Source of the DNA: an uncultured Acidobacteriota bacterium | GTDB taxonomy: Bacteria; Acidobacteriota; JAQAZP01 | Direction of reading: 5' to 3' | Length of the DNA stretch: 64,000 nucleotides | Assembly: GCA_963836075.1 (NCBI GenBank) | Contig: CAWIIB010000009.1 | Coordinates: 1,632,001-1,696,000, forward strand | Shown here: positions 12,786 to 23,287 of the stretch, piece by piece | Position numbering within the stretch: the stretch's first letter is position 1 | How the letters are laid out: each line of letters starts with the position of its first letter | Notes under the pieces: model-generated | What the model saw: only the letters and a program-made list of their open reading frames with translations | The model's database searches: none | What the model was told of the DNA's origin: nothing | Program-made: the position numbers and the translations under genes

Positions 12786-14109
12786 ACCGGCACACACTGT
12801 ATCTGTGGACGAGGGTGAACTGTGCACCGTGGGGTCGCTGAAGCCCGAACTGCTGCTGGCCGGCTCCCGGGAGACCGGTGAGCCCCACTGGCTGCTGAAG
12901 CAGCGGGCCGCCTTCCTGCGCCGCTTCCGCGACGTGGGACTGCCCGCCCCCTTCGAAGAGGACTGGCGGGGCACCGACCTGCGGGAGTTCGGCCTGGAAC
13001 GCTCCACGCTGATCCGGGTGGGTGCGGGCCCGTCCGCCAGGCTGGCCGCTTCCGAAATCCACCTCTCTCCTTCACCCACCCAGTGCAGCAGGCCCGGGGC
13101 ATTGACGATGCTGCCGCTGGGCGAAGCGGTCAGGCGCAAGCCGGACCTCCTGAAGGCCAACCTCTTTTCCGGCTTTGACCCGGAGACGGCGCCGGCCCTG
13201 GCCGCGCTCAACGCCGCCTGCCTCAGCGGGGGAGCATTCTTTCACCTGCCCCGGGAAGTGGAGATGGAGGGCACGGCCCGAGTCGCCTGGCAACCGTCGG
13301 CGGATGCGGCAACGCACTTCCCCCACAACCTGGTGGTGCTGGAGGAGGGCAGCCGCGGGTCGCTGGTGGAAAGCTTCAGCGGGCCATGGGCATCCGACGG
13401 CGGGGGCTCCTGCTGCAGTGTCACCGAGGTGCTGGTGGGGCCGGGCGCGCAACTGGACATCCTGACCCTCATCGACCAGGACGGCGAGGTGGGCACCTGT
13501 CACACCGCCGTGGCCCGGGTGGCCGCCGGGGGCCGCCTCCGCTGGTACCTGGGCAGCATCGGCGGCCGGATGGTGCGGGCGGATATGGAGGTCACCCTGG
13601 CCGGCCGGGAAGCCGAGAGCCGGATCATCGGTGTCGGCGTGGGCCGGGGCCGCCGGCACCTGGACCACCGGACGGTGCAGCGCCATGCCGCACCGGACAC
13701 CCGCAGCACCATCGTTTTCGGCACACTGCTCCGCGGGCGGTCCAGTTCCATCTACCGCGGCCTGATCGGCATGGACCACAATGCCCAGCGCGGTGACGCC
13801 TACCAGAAAAACGACAACCTCCTGCTGGAGCGCGGGCCCACCGCCCAGGCGATCCCCAAACTGGAAATACTCACCGACGACGTCAAGTGCAGCCACGGAT
13901 CCACCGTGGGCCGGCTGAGCGAAGAGGAAATGTTCTACGCCACCGCCCGGGGCATACCACGCTGGCGGGCCCGTGACCTGGTGGCCGAGGGTTTTGTCCG
14001 CCGGGTGGTGTCCGGGGGCGGGGACTGGAACCCGCTGGCCGAGGAACTGTTCCATGCGGTGCGCGGGGCGGTGATCGATGACATTCAACCCTATGACCTG
14101 GCGGAGTGA
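12778..14109 (+). CDS. sufD: Fe-S cluster assembly protein SufD
   Basis: EDWRGTDL and [19 protein letters not shown] motifs; follows sufB. Confidence 0.9.
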   Translation: MVEPAHTVSVDEGELCTVGSLKPELLLAGSRETGEPHWLLKQRAAFLRRFRDVGLPAPFEEDWRGTDLREFGLERSTLIRVGAGPSARLAASEIHLSPSPTQCSRPGALTMLPLGEAVRRKPDLLKANLFSGFDPETAPALAALNAACLSGGAFFHLPREVEMEGTARVAWQPSADAATHFPHNLVVLEEGSRGSLVESFSGPWASDGGGSCCSVTEVLVGPGAQLDILTLIDQDGEVGTCHTAVARVAAGGRLRWYLGSIGGRMVRADMEVTLAGREAESRIIGVGVGRGRRHLDHRTVQRHAAPDTRSTIVFGTLLRGRSSSIYRGLIGMDHNAQRGDAYQKNDNLLLERGPTAQAIPKLEILTDDVKCSHGSTVGRLSEEEMFYATARGIPRWRARDLVAEGFVRRVVSGGGDWNPLAEELFHAVRGAVIDDIQPYDLAE

Positions 14110-14121
14110 GAACGGCGGAAG

Positions 14122-14559
14122 ATGCCGGTGGAGATCGAGATGAGCGAGATGGAGCAGAAAGCGAAGATGGTGGACGTGGGTGCGGTGGAGAGTTTCCCCG
14201 CCGGCCGGGGCAAGCGGGTGCTGGTGAACGGGAACCCGGTGGCGGTGTTCCGGCTGGGCGAGAGGTTTCACGCCCTGGAGGACTGCTGCAGCCACGCCAT
14301 GGCCCCGCTGAGCGGCGGGGAAGTGAAGGACGGTGCGGTGGCCTGCCCGCGCCACGGCGCACACTTCGACATCGCCACCGGCGAGGTGCTCTCGCTCCAG
14401 GCGGTGGCCAACGTGGTCTCCTTCCCGGCCGAGGTGCGCGACGGGCGGGTGCTGGTCAGCACCCAGGGGTGGCTGGCCGATCCGCTCTGGACCACGGGAC
14501 GACAACTGGGCCAGCGTGAGACCGCTCCCGATCAACTGGAACTGGAGGCGGTGGAATGA
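14122..14559 (+). CDS. Rieske [2Fe-2S] ferredoxin of the suf operon
   Basis: CSH...CPRHGAHFD Rieske motifs. Confidence 0.9.
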   Translation: MPVEIEMSEMEQKAKMVDVGAVESFPAGRGKRVLVNGNPVAVFRLGERFHALEDCCSHAMAPLSGGEVKDGAVACPRHGAHFDIATGEVLSLQAVANVVSFPAEVRDGRVLVSTQGWLADPLWTTGRQLGQRETAPDQLELEAVE

Positions 14560-15851
14560 TGAACCAGGTGAGCGCCGGCATGGCCGGCACCGGCGTGGCG
14601 GGAGCAGCGCCCCGGTCGGTGGTGGAGGGCCGTGCCCTGGTGCCGGCCGTGGCCTTTCCCCTGGTGCAGCGTGAGGCGGACCGCGGCCGCTGCTACCTCG
14701 ACAATGCCGCCACGACCCAGAAACCGGAGGAGGTGATCGAGGCCCAGGCCCGCTTCTACCGCGAGACCAACGCCAACATCCACCGCGGGATCCACCGGCT
14801 GAGCATGGAGGCCACCGACCTCTTCGAAGAGGTGCGCGCCGCGGCGGCCCGTTTCATCGGCGCCGCCCGGCCGGAGGAGATCATCTTCTGCCGCGGCGCC
14901 ACCGAGGCACTGAACCTGGCGGCCCACGGCTGGGGCCTGTCCCACCTGCAACCCGGGGATGAGGTCGTGCTGACCACCCTGGAGCACCACTCGAACCTGG
15001 TGCCCTGGCAGCTGGTGGCGGCTCGCACCGGCGCAAAACTGGTGGAACTGAAGCCGGACCGTGAGGGATTGATCAGCGAGAAGGCGCTGTCCCGGGTCAT
15101 CGGTCCGCAGACCCGGCTGGTGGGAATGACCCACGTTTCGAACCTGCTCGGCTCGGTCAGTGACATCCGGACGGCTGCCGAGGCGGCCCACCGGGTGGGG
15201 GCGCTGCTGCTGGTGGACGGGGCCCAGGCGGTGGGGCACCTGCCGGTGGATGTTTCCGATCTGGGCTGCGACCTCTACGCGGTCTCGGGGCACAAGATGT
15301 TCGGCCCCACCGGCACCGGCTTTCTCTGGGGCCGGTACGATCTTCTTGACCGCTTCGAGCCCTTCCTCGGCGGCGGCGACATGATCGATGAGGTGCAGTT
15401 CCAGCAGTCCACCTGGGCCGAACTGCCGGCACGGCTGGAAGCCGGCACGCCCAACATCGGCGGTGTGGCCGGTCTCGGTGCGGCCATCTCCTTCCTGGAA
15501 GGGGTGGGCATGGCCCGGATACGGCAGCACGATATGGAACTGGCCGGGGAAGCCCGGGAGCGGCTGGCCGCCATCCCCGACGTCGAGGTATATGGCCCGT
15601 CGGACCCGGTGTTGCGCAGCGGCCTGGTCTCCTTCAACGTGGAGGGGATCCACGCCCACGACGTGGGTTGCGTGCTCGACTCCGAGGGCGTGGCGGTGCG
15701 CACCGGGCACATGTGCTCGCAGCCGACCCTGCAGCACCTCGGCATCGGCAGCTGCGTCCGGGCCAGCTTTGCCCTGTACAACGGCCGTGAGGACCTGGAC
15801 CGGCTGGTGGCCGGCCTCGCCAAAACGGTCGACTTCTTCAAGGCCAGATGA
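14556..15851 (+). CDS. sufS: Cysteine desulfurase SufS
   Basis: YLDNAATTQKP, EHHSNLVPWQ, SGHKMFGPTG and RTGHMC motifs. Confidence 0.95.
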   Translation: MMNQVSAGMAGTGVAGAAPRSVVEGRALVPAVAFPLVQREADRGRCYLDNAATTQKPEEVIEAQARFYRETNANIHRGIHRLSMEATDLFEEVRAAAARFIGAARPEEIIFCRGATEALNLAAHGWGLSHLQPGDEVVLTTLEHHSNLVPWQLVAARTGAKLVELKPDREGLISEKALSRVIGPQTRLVGMTHVSNLLGSVSDIRTAAEAAHRVGALLLVDGAQAVGHLPVDVSDLGCDLYAVSGHKMFGPTGTGFLWGRYDLLDRFEPFLGGGDMIDEVQFQQSTWAELPARLEAGTPNIGGVAGLGAAISFLEGVGMARIRQHDMELAGEARERLAAIPDVEVYGPSDPVLRSGLVSFNVEGIHAHDVGCVLDSEGVAVRTGHMCSQPTLQHLGIGSCVRASFALYNGREDLDRLVAGLAKTVDFFKAR

Positions 15852-15937
15852 ACGGGGACAGCTACCTGCATGCACAAGTATTGCAAACAGGGCGTTTGAC
15901 AGTATTGGGGACAGTTACCACTTCAGGAGCAGAACGG

Positions 15938-16384
15938 ATGCTGAACGCTGAAGAACAGCTGGACGGGCTCTACCGCGGCGTGATCATGGACCACTACCGC
16001 CGGCCGCGGAACCGCGGCAACCTCGCCGGCATGGGCAAGGTGGCCGAGGGCAAGAATCCCCTCTGCGGCGACTCGGTGCGTTTCGAGATGATGCTTCAGG
16101 ACGGCGTGGTGGAGAAGATCGTCTTTGACGGGCACGGCTGTGCCATTTCAATCTCTTCGGCCTCGATGCTCACCGAACTGCTGCAGGGCAAGACCGTGGC
16201 GGAGGCGAAAAGCCTCATCGCCCAGGCCGCCGATTTCCTCAAGGGGGAGCGGGACGGGGTGGACGAAGAGGAACTGGGCGACGTGGCCGCCCTGGAAGGG
16301 GTGGCCAGATTCCCGGTGCGCATCAAGTGCGCGCTGCTCCCCTTTGTGGCCGTGCGGGATGCATGTGAAGCAGAAGGGGCCTGA
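15938..16384 (+). CDS. sufU: SUF-system NifU-family sulfur acceptor SufU
   Basis: IMDHYRRPRN, NPLCGD, GCAISISSAS and RIKCALL motifs. AGGAG RBS before ATG 15938. Confidence 0.92.
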   Translation: MLNAEEQLDGLYRGVIMDHYRRPRNRGNLAGMGKVAEGKNPLCGDSVRFEMMLQDGVVEKIVFDGHGCAISISSASMLTELLQGKTVAEAKSLIAQAADFLKGERDGVDEEELGDVAALEGVARFPVRIKCALLPFVAVRDACEAEGA

Positions 16385-16399
16385 CCCCATCCTGTTGCA

Positions 16400-17509
16400 C
16401 TATCCCACTGCCCGCCCCTGCGCCAGCTTGCGCACCATCCAGATGATGGTTGCCGCGGCTCCAACCAGCAGCAGGAGGAAGACGGTCAGCTGGCCCCAGC
16501 GGGGCTCGACCCAGGCCGGGATCTCGTATCCCGCCGCGGCCAGCGCGCCCCGCCGGATCTGGTCCCGGGCCAGGATCATCGCCACCAGGCCCGCGGCAGC
16601 CAAACCGCTGCCGAAGAGCAGCGGTTTCATCGGCGCGTTGCCCTTGCGCGTCTCCTGAATCACCACCAGAGCTCCCAGAACCAGGACGGTGCCCAGGCCG
16701 AGAGCGGCGCTGGCCGCCGGGCTGCGGCCCATGAAGAGGAGCATGGTCTCCCGCGGCAGGGCCACCAGCCACCAGCATCCGGTAGCGATGTTGATCACCG
16801 AGGCGCCCATGAACCAGTGACTGCCCAGACGGACCGCGAAGCGGCCCGATTCCGGGTTTGCGGACATGCGCCGGGCGCCAAAGATGGCGATCACAAGGCC
16901 GGCAACGGCCAGGGCGCCGAACACCATGTGCAGCCAGCGGGGAACCAGCGTCGGGTCGGCGAGGTTCAGCCCGGTGCCGCCGGCTGATGCGCCGTGCAGT
17001 TCGGCAAACCGCTGGGGAGAAATCATCAGGCTCATGTTGTTGGTGTAGATGAAGGAGATGGCCAGGAAGAGCAGGGCGATCAGCCCGGTGACCCACGGCC
17101 GGGCCCGGCCCAGCCCCTGTCCCTTGAAGGCGACCAGATAGGTGCCGTAGTAGGCGAGGATCAGGATCGGGATCACGCTGAACCAGTACCAGGCCATCAG
17201 CACCGACGAACTGAACAGGAGCCGGCCGAAGAGCACCTGGGTCAGCAGCAGGGGGGCCACCCCGAAGCTCACCGCGGCGGCCACCATGGGCGGCATGGCT
17301 TTGGCGAGGAACGAGCGCAGTTCCTCCCGCGGCAGGTCCTTCTTACGGCCCAGCAGGGCGGAGATGATCGATCCGCCGAGAATGAAGTTCATCGGCAACA
17401 GGTGGAGGAAGAAGGTCAGCAGCAGGAGAAACCAGACCAGCCCCGGCGGGGCGGAGAGCGGCAGCGGGTCGGGATGGGGGATGATCACGGTCAGCAGGCT
17501 GTCCATCAC
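16400..17509 (-). CDS. Polytopic membrane partner subunit (CydA'-like) of the cytochrome bd-superfamily enzyme
   Basis: About 9-10 hydrophobic segments with conserved-looking His (FFLHLL, RWLHM). Its start overlaps the stop of the upstream cydA-like gene. Confidence 0.6.
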   Translation of the reverse strand: MMDSLLTVIIPHPDPLPLSAPPGLVWFLLLLTFFLHLLPMNFILGGSIISALLGRKKDLPREELRSFLAKAMPPMVAAAVSFGVAPLLLTQVLFGRLLFSSSVLMAWYWFSVIPILILAYYGTYLVAFKGQGLGRARPWVTGLIALLFLAISFIYTNNMSLMISPQRFAELHGASAGGTGLNLADPTLVPRWLHMVFGALAVAGLVIAIFGARRMSANPESGRFAVRLGSHWFMGASVINIATGCWWLVALPRETMLLFMGRSPAASAALGLGTVLVLGALVVIQETRKGNAPMKPLLFGSGLAAAGLVAMILARDQIRRGALAAAGYEIPAWVEPRWGQLTVFLLLLVGAAATIIWMVRKLAQGRAVG

Positions 17510-19509
17510 TCCACCTCCTCTCCGGCGAGGCCGGCCAGGTGTGCGGCCAGGGCCCTCCGTTCTTCGTCGGTCCCCTCAAAGGGGAACATCTCGTCGCTGA
17601 TATCCTCGAGCATGCCAATGAGCTCGTAGAGGTCCTCCTCGCTGCTGCCCTGCACCAGCTCGTCCAGGGCCATGTCGCTGTCCGGCTCGTGGCAGATGGC
17701 GCAGTTCTCCTCGAAGACGGTGGCGCCGTCGGGTCCTGCGGCCGTCTCTTCGGCGCCGGACAGGAACCGGGCCAGAACTCGACGTTCCTCGTCGGTCCCC
17801 TCAAAGGGGAACATCTCGTCGCTGATATCCTCGAGCATGCCGATGAGCTCGTAGAGGTCCTCCTCGCTGCTGCCCTGCACCAGCCCGTCCAGGGCCATGT
17901 CGCTGTCCGGCTCGTGGCAGATGGCGCAGTTCTCCTCGAAGACAGTGGCGCCGTCAGGTCCCGACATGTCCGGCCCCGGCGCCTCCACGCCGGCCTGCGG
18001 GTCGCCGCCCAGACGGGCAAGGTAGACGGCCAGGGCCCGCTTCTCGGCGGCGGTGCCGGTGAACGGCGGCATGCGGAAGCCCCGCCGGGTTTTCAACCGC
18101 AGATGGGGGTCGTCCCAGGCCGTCGAGTTGCCCTCGGCATCCACCGGCAGGGCCAGGGTGCCCAGCACGTTCTCCAGTCCGGTGGCCGATTTGTCCTGGA
18201 CCAGCGGCCGCACCGCCAGGTAGCCGTCCACGGTGTGGCAGTTCCAGCAGAGCTGGCGGAAGAGAAGTTCGCCGGCCGCGGCCTGCGCCTCGGCCCTCTC
18301 CTCGGGGGTGAGCCCGGTATCCGGTCCGGTGAGCGGATCAAACCCTTCCGGAGCGCCGTTCCACAGCGAGGCGTTGAGCACGCCGGTCTCGTTCAACGCG
18401 GGGAGGGAATAGCGGTCGACGGAGAACTGCTCCATCCCCGCGGGGGCTCCCGGCGCCCCCCGGGCAGCGGGCAGCCGCACACTGTTGACGAACATGTAGC
18501 GGCCGATGACATACGGTTTTCTCAGGTCCTCGCGCACCCACTCGCCGCCGGCAAAGGCCAGCTGGCCCAGGATCAACAGGCCCACGGCGCTGGACAGCCC
18601 GTAACCCGCCGGGCGGAGAACAGCGATGAAGAGCAGGACCAGCGCGGCCCCGGCCGAAGCGGCGAGACAGACCGCCGCTCCGTTCTGCAGGATCGGATAC
18701 CCCGATCCGCTGCCGCCGGTGAAGATCGAGGCGATGATCGCCCCCACGCCGTCACCGTCGGCGCCGAAAATTCTGCCCGCCGGAATGCCGGCCTTGATGG
18801 CGTTGTTCAGATACCAGACCAGGGACAGCGGGATGGCCGCCACCATGGGCAGCACCCACTTGAGGCCGGCCCAGTGGGCCATCTTTTTCTTGAACTCCAG
18901 ATCGCGGGACCGGGCATTGGTCAGCAGGGCGTACATTCCGGCCAGGCCGAAAGCGACAAAGGTCCGGGCTGCCAGCGAGGGCCAGTAGGTGGGGTTGAGC
19001 AGACCGTCGAGGAAGCCGCGACTGGTGACCCACTGGCCCGGCGTCAACTGGAAGGAGATGATGCCGTTGATGATCACCATGCTGATCCAGGCGGAGATGA
19101 AGTAGATCCAGCCCACCGCCTCGTGGGTCTTTGCTTCCAGCCGGTCCCAGCCGTAGTAGTAGACCATGGCCGCCGCCACTTCCACCAGAAAGAAGGTCCA
19201 CTCCATGGCCCAGGCCCAGACGAAGGTGTTGATCAGCGCCGCGGTTCCCGAGGGGTGCACCAGGCCGATGGCGAACCAGATGCCAACGCCGGTGATGGCC
19301 CCCAGCACCAGGGTGACCAGCATGAAGAAACGGGTGTGGCGCTTGGTGTAGTCGAGCAATGCGGCATCGCCGGTTTTTCTGGCCTTGCGCTCGGCGAGCA
19401 CCAGAAACAGGCCGCCGCCCACGGCGAAGTGGGAAATGAAGACGTGGAATACCGAGATGAAGGCGATAATCAACCCTGATGCGGGCTGATCCCAGATGGG
19501 GTAGTTCAT
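17506..19509 (-). CDS. Cytochrome bd-superfamily subunit I homologue fused to three c-type heme domains
   Basis: HVFISHFAVGGG, GVGIW, WAMEWTFFLVE, YYYGWDRL and EWVREDLRKPY motifs. C-terminal CWNCH plus two CAICH. Confidence 0.8.
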   Translation of the reverse strand: MNYPIWDQPASGLIIAFISVFHVFISHFAVGGGLFLVLAERKARKTGDAALLDYTKRHTRFFMLVTLVLGAITGVGIWFAIGLVHPSGTAALINTFVWAWAMEWTFFLVEVAAAMVYYYGWDRLEAKTHEAVGWIYFISAWISMVIINGIISFQLTPGQWVTSRGFLDGLLNPTYWPSLAARTFVAFGLAGMYALLTNARSRDLEFKKKMAHWAGLKWVLPMVAAIPLSLVWYLNNAIKAGIPAGRIFGADGDGVGAIIASIFTGGSGSGYPILQNGAAVCLAASAGAALVLLFIAVLRPAGYGLSSAVGLLILGQLAFAGGEWVREDLRKPYVIGRYMFVNSVRLPAARGAPGAPAGMEQFSVDRYSLPALNETGVLNASLWNGAPEGFDPLTGPDTGLTPEERAEAQAAAGELLFRQLCWNCHTVDGYLAVRPLVQDKSATGLENVLGTLALPVDAEGNSTAWDDPHLRLKTRRGFRMPPFTGTAAEKRALAVYLARLGGDPQAGVEAPGPDMSGPDGATVFEENCAICHEPDSDMALDGLVQGSSEEDLYELIGMLEDISDEMFPFEGTDEERRVLARFLSGAEETAAGPDGATVFEENCAICHEPDSDMALDELVQGSSEEDLYELIGMLEDISDEMFPFEGTDEERRALAAHLAGLAGEEVE
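17560..17962 (-). repeat. Near-identical intragenic tandem duplication of a mono-heme cytochrome c domain (225-bp period)
   Basis: tcccctcaaaggggaacatctcgtcgctgatatcctcgagcatgcc starts at both 17571 and 17796. The protein repeat GPDGATVFEENCAICHEPDSDMALD...GTDEERR occurs twice. Confidence 0.95.
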
Positions 19510-19626
19510 GCCGTGACCTCCTCGGTGGTTGCACTCTATTTCATTTCCTTGAATATATCCTCATTATGTCGGGTTCGTCCAGCAACACCCTGTTGACCCT
19601 CGCCTGGTCCCGATCTATTATTGAGA

Positions 19627-19653
19627 GTGTTACGTTTTTATTATTTGTAATAT
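19627..19653 (+). promoter_or_regulatory. Putative NikR operator
   Basis: GTGTTAC-N13-GTAATAT pseudo-palindrome just upstream of the Ni/Co uptake operon that ends in nikR. Confidence 0.7.
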
Positions 19654-19671
19654 GGATCGAGAGGCGGATCA

Positions 19672-20202
19672 ATGAGCAAACACCTGCCCGCAGCGGTTCC
19701 CGTTCTGATCGTCCTGACCACACTGCTGTTGTCATCCCTGCCCGCGGCGGCACACCACGTGCATCACGAGGTGGCCCGGGGGGAGGCGGTGGTGGTGACC
19801 CTGACTTATGGTGACGGATCGCCATTGGCCGGCGATCGCTACGACATCCTTGCCCACGGCGAGGAAAAGGCATTCCAGACCGGGACCACCGATGCTGCGG
19901 GACGCATCGTATTCATGCCAGACAGTGTGGGCACCTGGAGGGTGCGGGTCTTTTCCGAGGACGGGCACGGGGCAGATTTCACCTTCGAAACCGGCCCGGT
20001 TACTGCAGCGGCGGAGGAGCAGGCGGATCGATCCGCTGACGTGGCCGAGTTGAACGAGGCGCCGGTCAACACGTTGACCCCGGAAGTTGTGGAGGTGGAG
20101 AAAAAGCGGCTGGTCGAGCGTTTCGCCGGCCCGGCCCTCGGCGTGGGGATCATCCTCGCCCTCTTCGGCGTCTTTGCCCTCTTTGTCCGCAGCCGGCGGT
20201 GA
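19672..20202 (+). CDS. Ni/Co ECF transporter accessory exported protein (NikL/CbiL or DUF4198-like)
   Basis: Signal peptide, His-rich mature N-terminus HHVHHEV, FQTGTTDAAGR...DGHG and a C-terminal TM anchor. Confidence 0.7.
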   Translation: MSKHLPAAVPVLIVLTTLLLSSLPAAAHHVHHEVARGEAVVVTLTYGDGSPLAGDRYDILAHGEEKAFQTGTTDAAGRIVFMPDSVGTWRVRVFSEDGHGADFTFETGPVTAAAEEQADRSADVAELNEAPVNTLTPEVVEVEKKRLVERFAGPALGVGIILALFGVFALFVRSRR

Positions 20203-20228
20203 TTGCCGGCCACAGGAGAACGATCCCC

Positions 20229-20876
20229 GTGCACATCCCCGACGGCTTTATTTCACCAAAGATGTACCTGCCGCTCTACGCGGTGTCGGCGGGGGCGTGG
20301 GCCTGGGGTCTGAAGCGGATGCGCCGCAGCCTTGATGAAAAGACCATCCCCTGGCTGGCGGTGCTGGCCGCGCTCAGTTTCGTGCTGATGATGGTGGCCG
20401 TGCCCTTTCCCGGCGGCACCTCGGTGCACGCCACCGGCATCTGCCTCCTGGCGGTGATCTTCGGTGTCTGGGCCGCCTTCCTCTCCGTCTCCCTGGTCTT
20501 GCTGATCCAGGCCCTGCTCTTCGGCACCGGCGGGATCACCTCCCTGCCGCTCAACGCCCTGGCCCTGGGACTGGCCGGCGGCGCCGCCGCCAGTTGGACC
20601 TTTCGCTCGCTGCGGCGGTGGAACGAGACGGCGGCCCTGGCATCTGCGGCCTGGCTCTCGGTGATGGTCCCGGCGCTGCTGGTGGCCCTGGCCCTCGGCC
20701 TGCAGCCGCTGATCGCCAGTGCGGCGGACGGCACTCCGCTCTTTTTCCCCTTCGGTTTCTCGGTGACCCTGCCGGCGGTGCTGCTGCCCCACGCCATCCT
20801 CGGGGTGGGGGAAGGGCTGCTCACCGTGCTGGTCTACCGCCTGGTGGGCCGCCTCAAACAGGTGGCGATGCCATGA
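20229..20876 (+). CDS. cbiM: Ni/Co ECF transporter substrate component CbiM/NikM
   Basis: Diagnostic N-terminus (M)HIPDGF from GTG 20229, plus GGTSVH and QALLFGTGG. Confidence 0.92.
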   Translation: MHIPDGFISPKMYLPLYAVSAGAWAWGLKRMRRSLDEKTIPWLAVLAALSFVLMMVAVPFPGGTSVHATGICLLAVIFGVWAAFLSVSLVLLIQALLFGTGGITSLPLNALALGLAGGAAASWTFRSLRRWNETAALASAAWLSVMVPALLVALALGLQPLIASAADGTPLFFPFGFSVTLPAVLLPHAILGVGEGLLTVLVYRLVGRLKQVAMP

Positions 20877-21424
20877 AAGACCGCTTGATGCTGCTGGCCT
20901 ATCTCGCGGCGGTGCTGCTGGCCACCTCCATACACCGGCCGCTCTACCTTGCCGCAGGCCTCGTGGTGGCCGCGCTCCTTGCCGGCCGGCGCCTGCCCCG
21001 GATCTTGGGGCGGGCCGCACTGGCCATTCTCTTCTTCAACAGCGTGGTCACCGCCTCTTACGTGGCCCTCTCTCTCTGGCAGGGCACTTTTTCCGGCCAC
21101 TACGTGCTGCTGGTCAACCTGCGGGTCTTCCTGCTCACCGTGCTCACCTTTCTGCTGGCCGAGCGCTTCAACCCGTTCCGGGCCTTCGCCTTCTCCAGCT
21201 CGCTGCTCTACCTCACCACCCTCTGCTACAGCCAGGTGCTGACCCTGCGGCGGCTCTTCGGCGAGTTCCGCCATGCCTTTCGCAGCCGCAGCATCGTCCG
21301 TCCCGGTCTGCGCGACCTCTACCGCCACGGCGCGGCCACCGCGGCTTTCTTCCTGCACAAGTCGGTGAGTGATGCCGGGGAGATCGCCCAGGCCATGAGC
21401 TCCCGGGGGTTTTTCAATGATTGA
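20873..21424 (+). CDS. cbiQ: ECF transporter T component CbiQ/NikQ
   Basis: Hydrophobic protein between cbiM and the ATPase, with AFRSR and AMSSRGF motifs. Confidence 0.8.
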   Translation: MKDRLMLLAYLAAVLLATSIHRPLYLAAGLVVAALLAGRRLPRILGRAALAILFFNSVVTASYVALSLWQGTFSGHYVLLVNLRVFLLTVLTFLLAERFNPFRAFAFSSSLLYLTTLCYSQVLTLRRLFGEFRHAFRSRSIVRPGLRDLYRHGAATAAFFLHKSVSDAGEIAQAMSSRGFFND

Positions 21425-22191
21425 GCTGGACCGGCTGGGACACGATTTCGGGAAGCGGACCGTACCTGGAGGAGATTTCCTTCACCATCTCCCCCGGTGA
21501 AAAGGTGGTGCTGCTGGGAGTCAACGGCAGCGGCAAGTCCACCCTGCTGAAAATTCTCAACGGGCTGATTTTCCCGGCCCGCGGATGCTGGCGCTACAAG
21601 GGCCGCGAGATCACCTCCCGGGCGATGAAGGACCGGGCGTTCAGCCGCTCCTTCCGCCGTGAAGCGGTGCTGCTCTTCCAGAGCCCGGAAGCGATGATTT
21701 TCAATCCCACCGTCTTTGACGAGATCGCCTTTGGACCCCGCCAGCTGGGGCTGGAGGACGTGGACGACCGGGTGCGGCACTGGGCCGGCCAGGTGGGGAT
21801 GGAGAAGTTCCTTGACCGGCCGCCCTTCGAACTGAGCGGCGGCGAGAAACAGAAGGTCTGCCTGGCGGCGCTGCTGGTGCTGGAGCCGGAACTGCTGCTC
21901 CTCGACGAGCCCACCGCCAACCTCGACCCGCGGAGCACCGGCTGGCTGGTGGATTTCCTCCAGGACCTCCAGGTCACCACCCTGGTCACCACCCACAACC
22001 TGAGTCTGGGCGCGGAGCTGGGCGAGCGGACGCTGGTCCTTTCCGAAGACCACCGGCTGATCTATGACGGGAGGATCGACGAGCTGCTGGCCGACCGGGA
22101 GAAGTTGATCCAGGCCAATCTGGTGCACAGCCACCGCCACAAGCACGAGGGGGTGGAGCACCGGCACTACCACGTGCACCAGTGGAAGTGA
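21417..22191 (+). CDS. cbiO: ECF transporter ATPase CbiO/NikO with His-rich tail; +1 frameshift near 21465
   Basis: GVNGSGKST, LSGGEKQK and LLDEPT motifs; tail HSHRHKHEGVEHRHYHVH. ATG 21417 gives MIELDRLGHDFGKRTV, which joins LEEISF after removing one base. Confidence 0.88.
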
Positions 22192-22198
22192 GAAGGCG

Positions 22199-23287
22199 AT
22201 GAGGTATTTTTTCATTCTCATTCCCATCGGGATCTTTTTCCTGATGCACCTTTTCGTCGGCTGGCGAATGTGCAGTCTCTTCGAGCAGGCCTTCAGGTGG
22301 AAACCGCTGCTGCTATGGTTCTCGGCCATGCTGCTCAACGTGGTGCTGGTGATGACCATCACCATGCGCGGCGGCTGGAACCCCCTGGTCCGCATCTGGC
22401 GTGTGGCCACCGAGACCTACCTCGGGCTGCTCTTCATCCTTTTCTCGGCGCTCCTCTTCTGGGGCCTGGTCCAGTGGGCCGCGGGGTTCTGGCGTCCGAT
22501 CCCGGCCCCGGTCAGCCGCTGGGTAGTTCTGGGTGCCACTGTGATTTACGTCTGTGCCGCCCTGGCCAATGCCATGACCGTGCGGGTTAAAACCGTGGAA
22601 CTGACCTCGCCCAAACTCACCGCCCCGCTGACCCTGGTCCAGATGAGCGACCTGCACCTGGGGCCGGTGCACGGCGCCGGGTATGTCCGCCGGCTGGTGC
22701 AGCTGACCAACTCGGTCAGCCCCGACCTGGTGCTGGTCACCGGCGACCTGCTGGAGCGGGGGATCCAGCCCGGGACCCTGGGGGGATTCCACGACCTGCG
22801 GGCCCCGGCGTTCATGGTCTGGGGCAACCACGACAAGTTTTTCCCCCGCCGCCAGGCCCTGGAGCTGATTGCCGAGACGCCCTTCACCCTGCTGGAGGAT
22901 GACGTGCTGCTGCTGGAGAACGGTGTGCAGCTGGTGGGCCTGGATTATCCCGGGTTCGGCGGGGAGCGGGCCCAGGGTGATGTGCTGGGCCGGCTGCCCA
23001 TGCGCGAGGGTTTGTTCACCCTCCTGCTCTCCCACGCGCCGATGGACTTCCCGCACTGGGCGGACACCCCGGTGGACCTCCAGCTGGCGGGGCACACACA
23101 CTCGGGGCAGATTGTCCCCTTCAACCTGGTGGTCCGGATGCGCTACCAGCTGCTCTCCGGCCTCTACCGCGAGGGTGGCAAGACGACCTATGTCTCGCCA
23201 GGCACCGGGACCTGGGGGCCGCCCCTCAGACTGGGGACCCGCAACGAAGTGACCTGCATCAAACTGCTGCCGGAAGGGAACCAGTGA
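22199..23287 (+). CDS. Membrane-anchored metallophosphoesterase (YkuE-like)
   Basis: N-terminal TMs plus SDLHLG, TGDL, GNHD, LSHAP and AGHTHSGQ motifs. Confidence 0.9.
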   Translation: MRYFFILIPIGIFFLMHLFVGWRMCSLFEQAFRWKPLLLWFSAMLLNVVLVMTITMRGGWNPLVRIWRVATETYLGLLFILFSALLFWGLVQWAAGFWRPIPAPVSRWVVLGATVIYVCAALANAMTVRVKTVELTSPKLTAPLTLVQMSDLHLGPVHGAGYVRRLVQLTNSVSPDLVLVTGDLLERGIQPGTLGGFHDLRAPAFMVWGNHDKFFPRRQALELIAETPFTLLEDDVLLLENGVQLVGLDYPGFGGERAQGDVLGRLPMREGLFTLLLSHAPMDFPHWADTPVDLQLAGHTHSGQIVPFNLVVRMRYQLLSGLYREGGKTTYVSPGTGTWGPPLRLGTRNEVTCIKLLPEGNQ

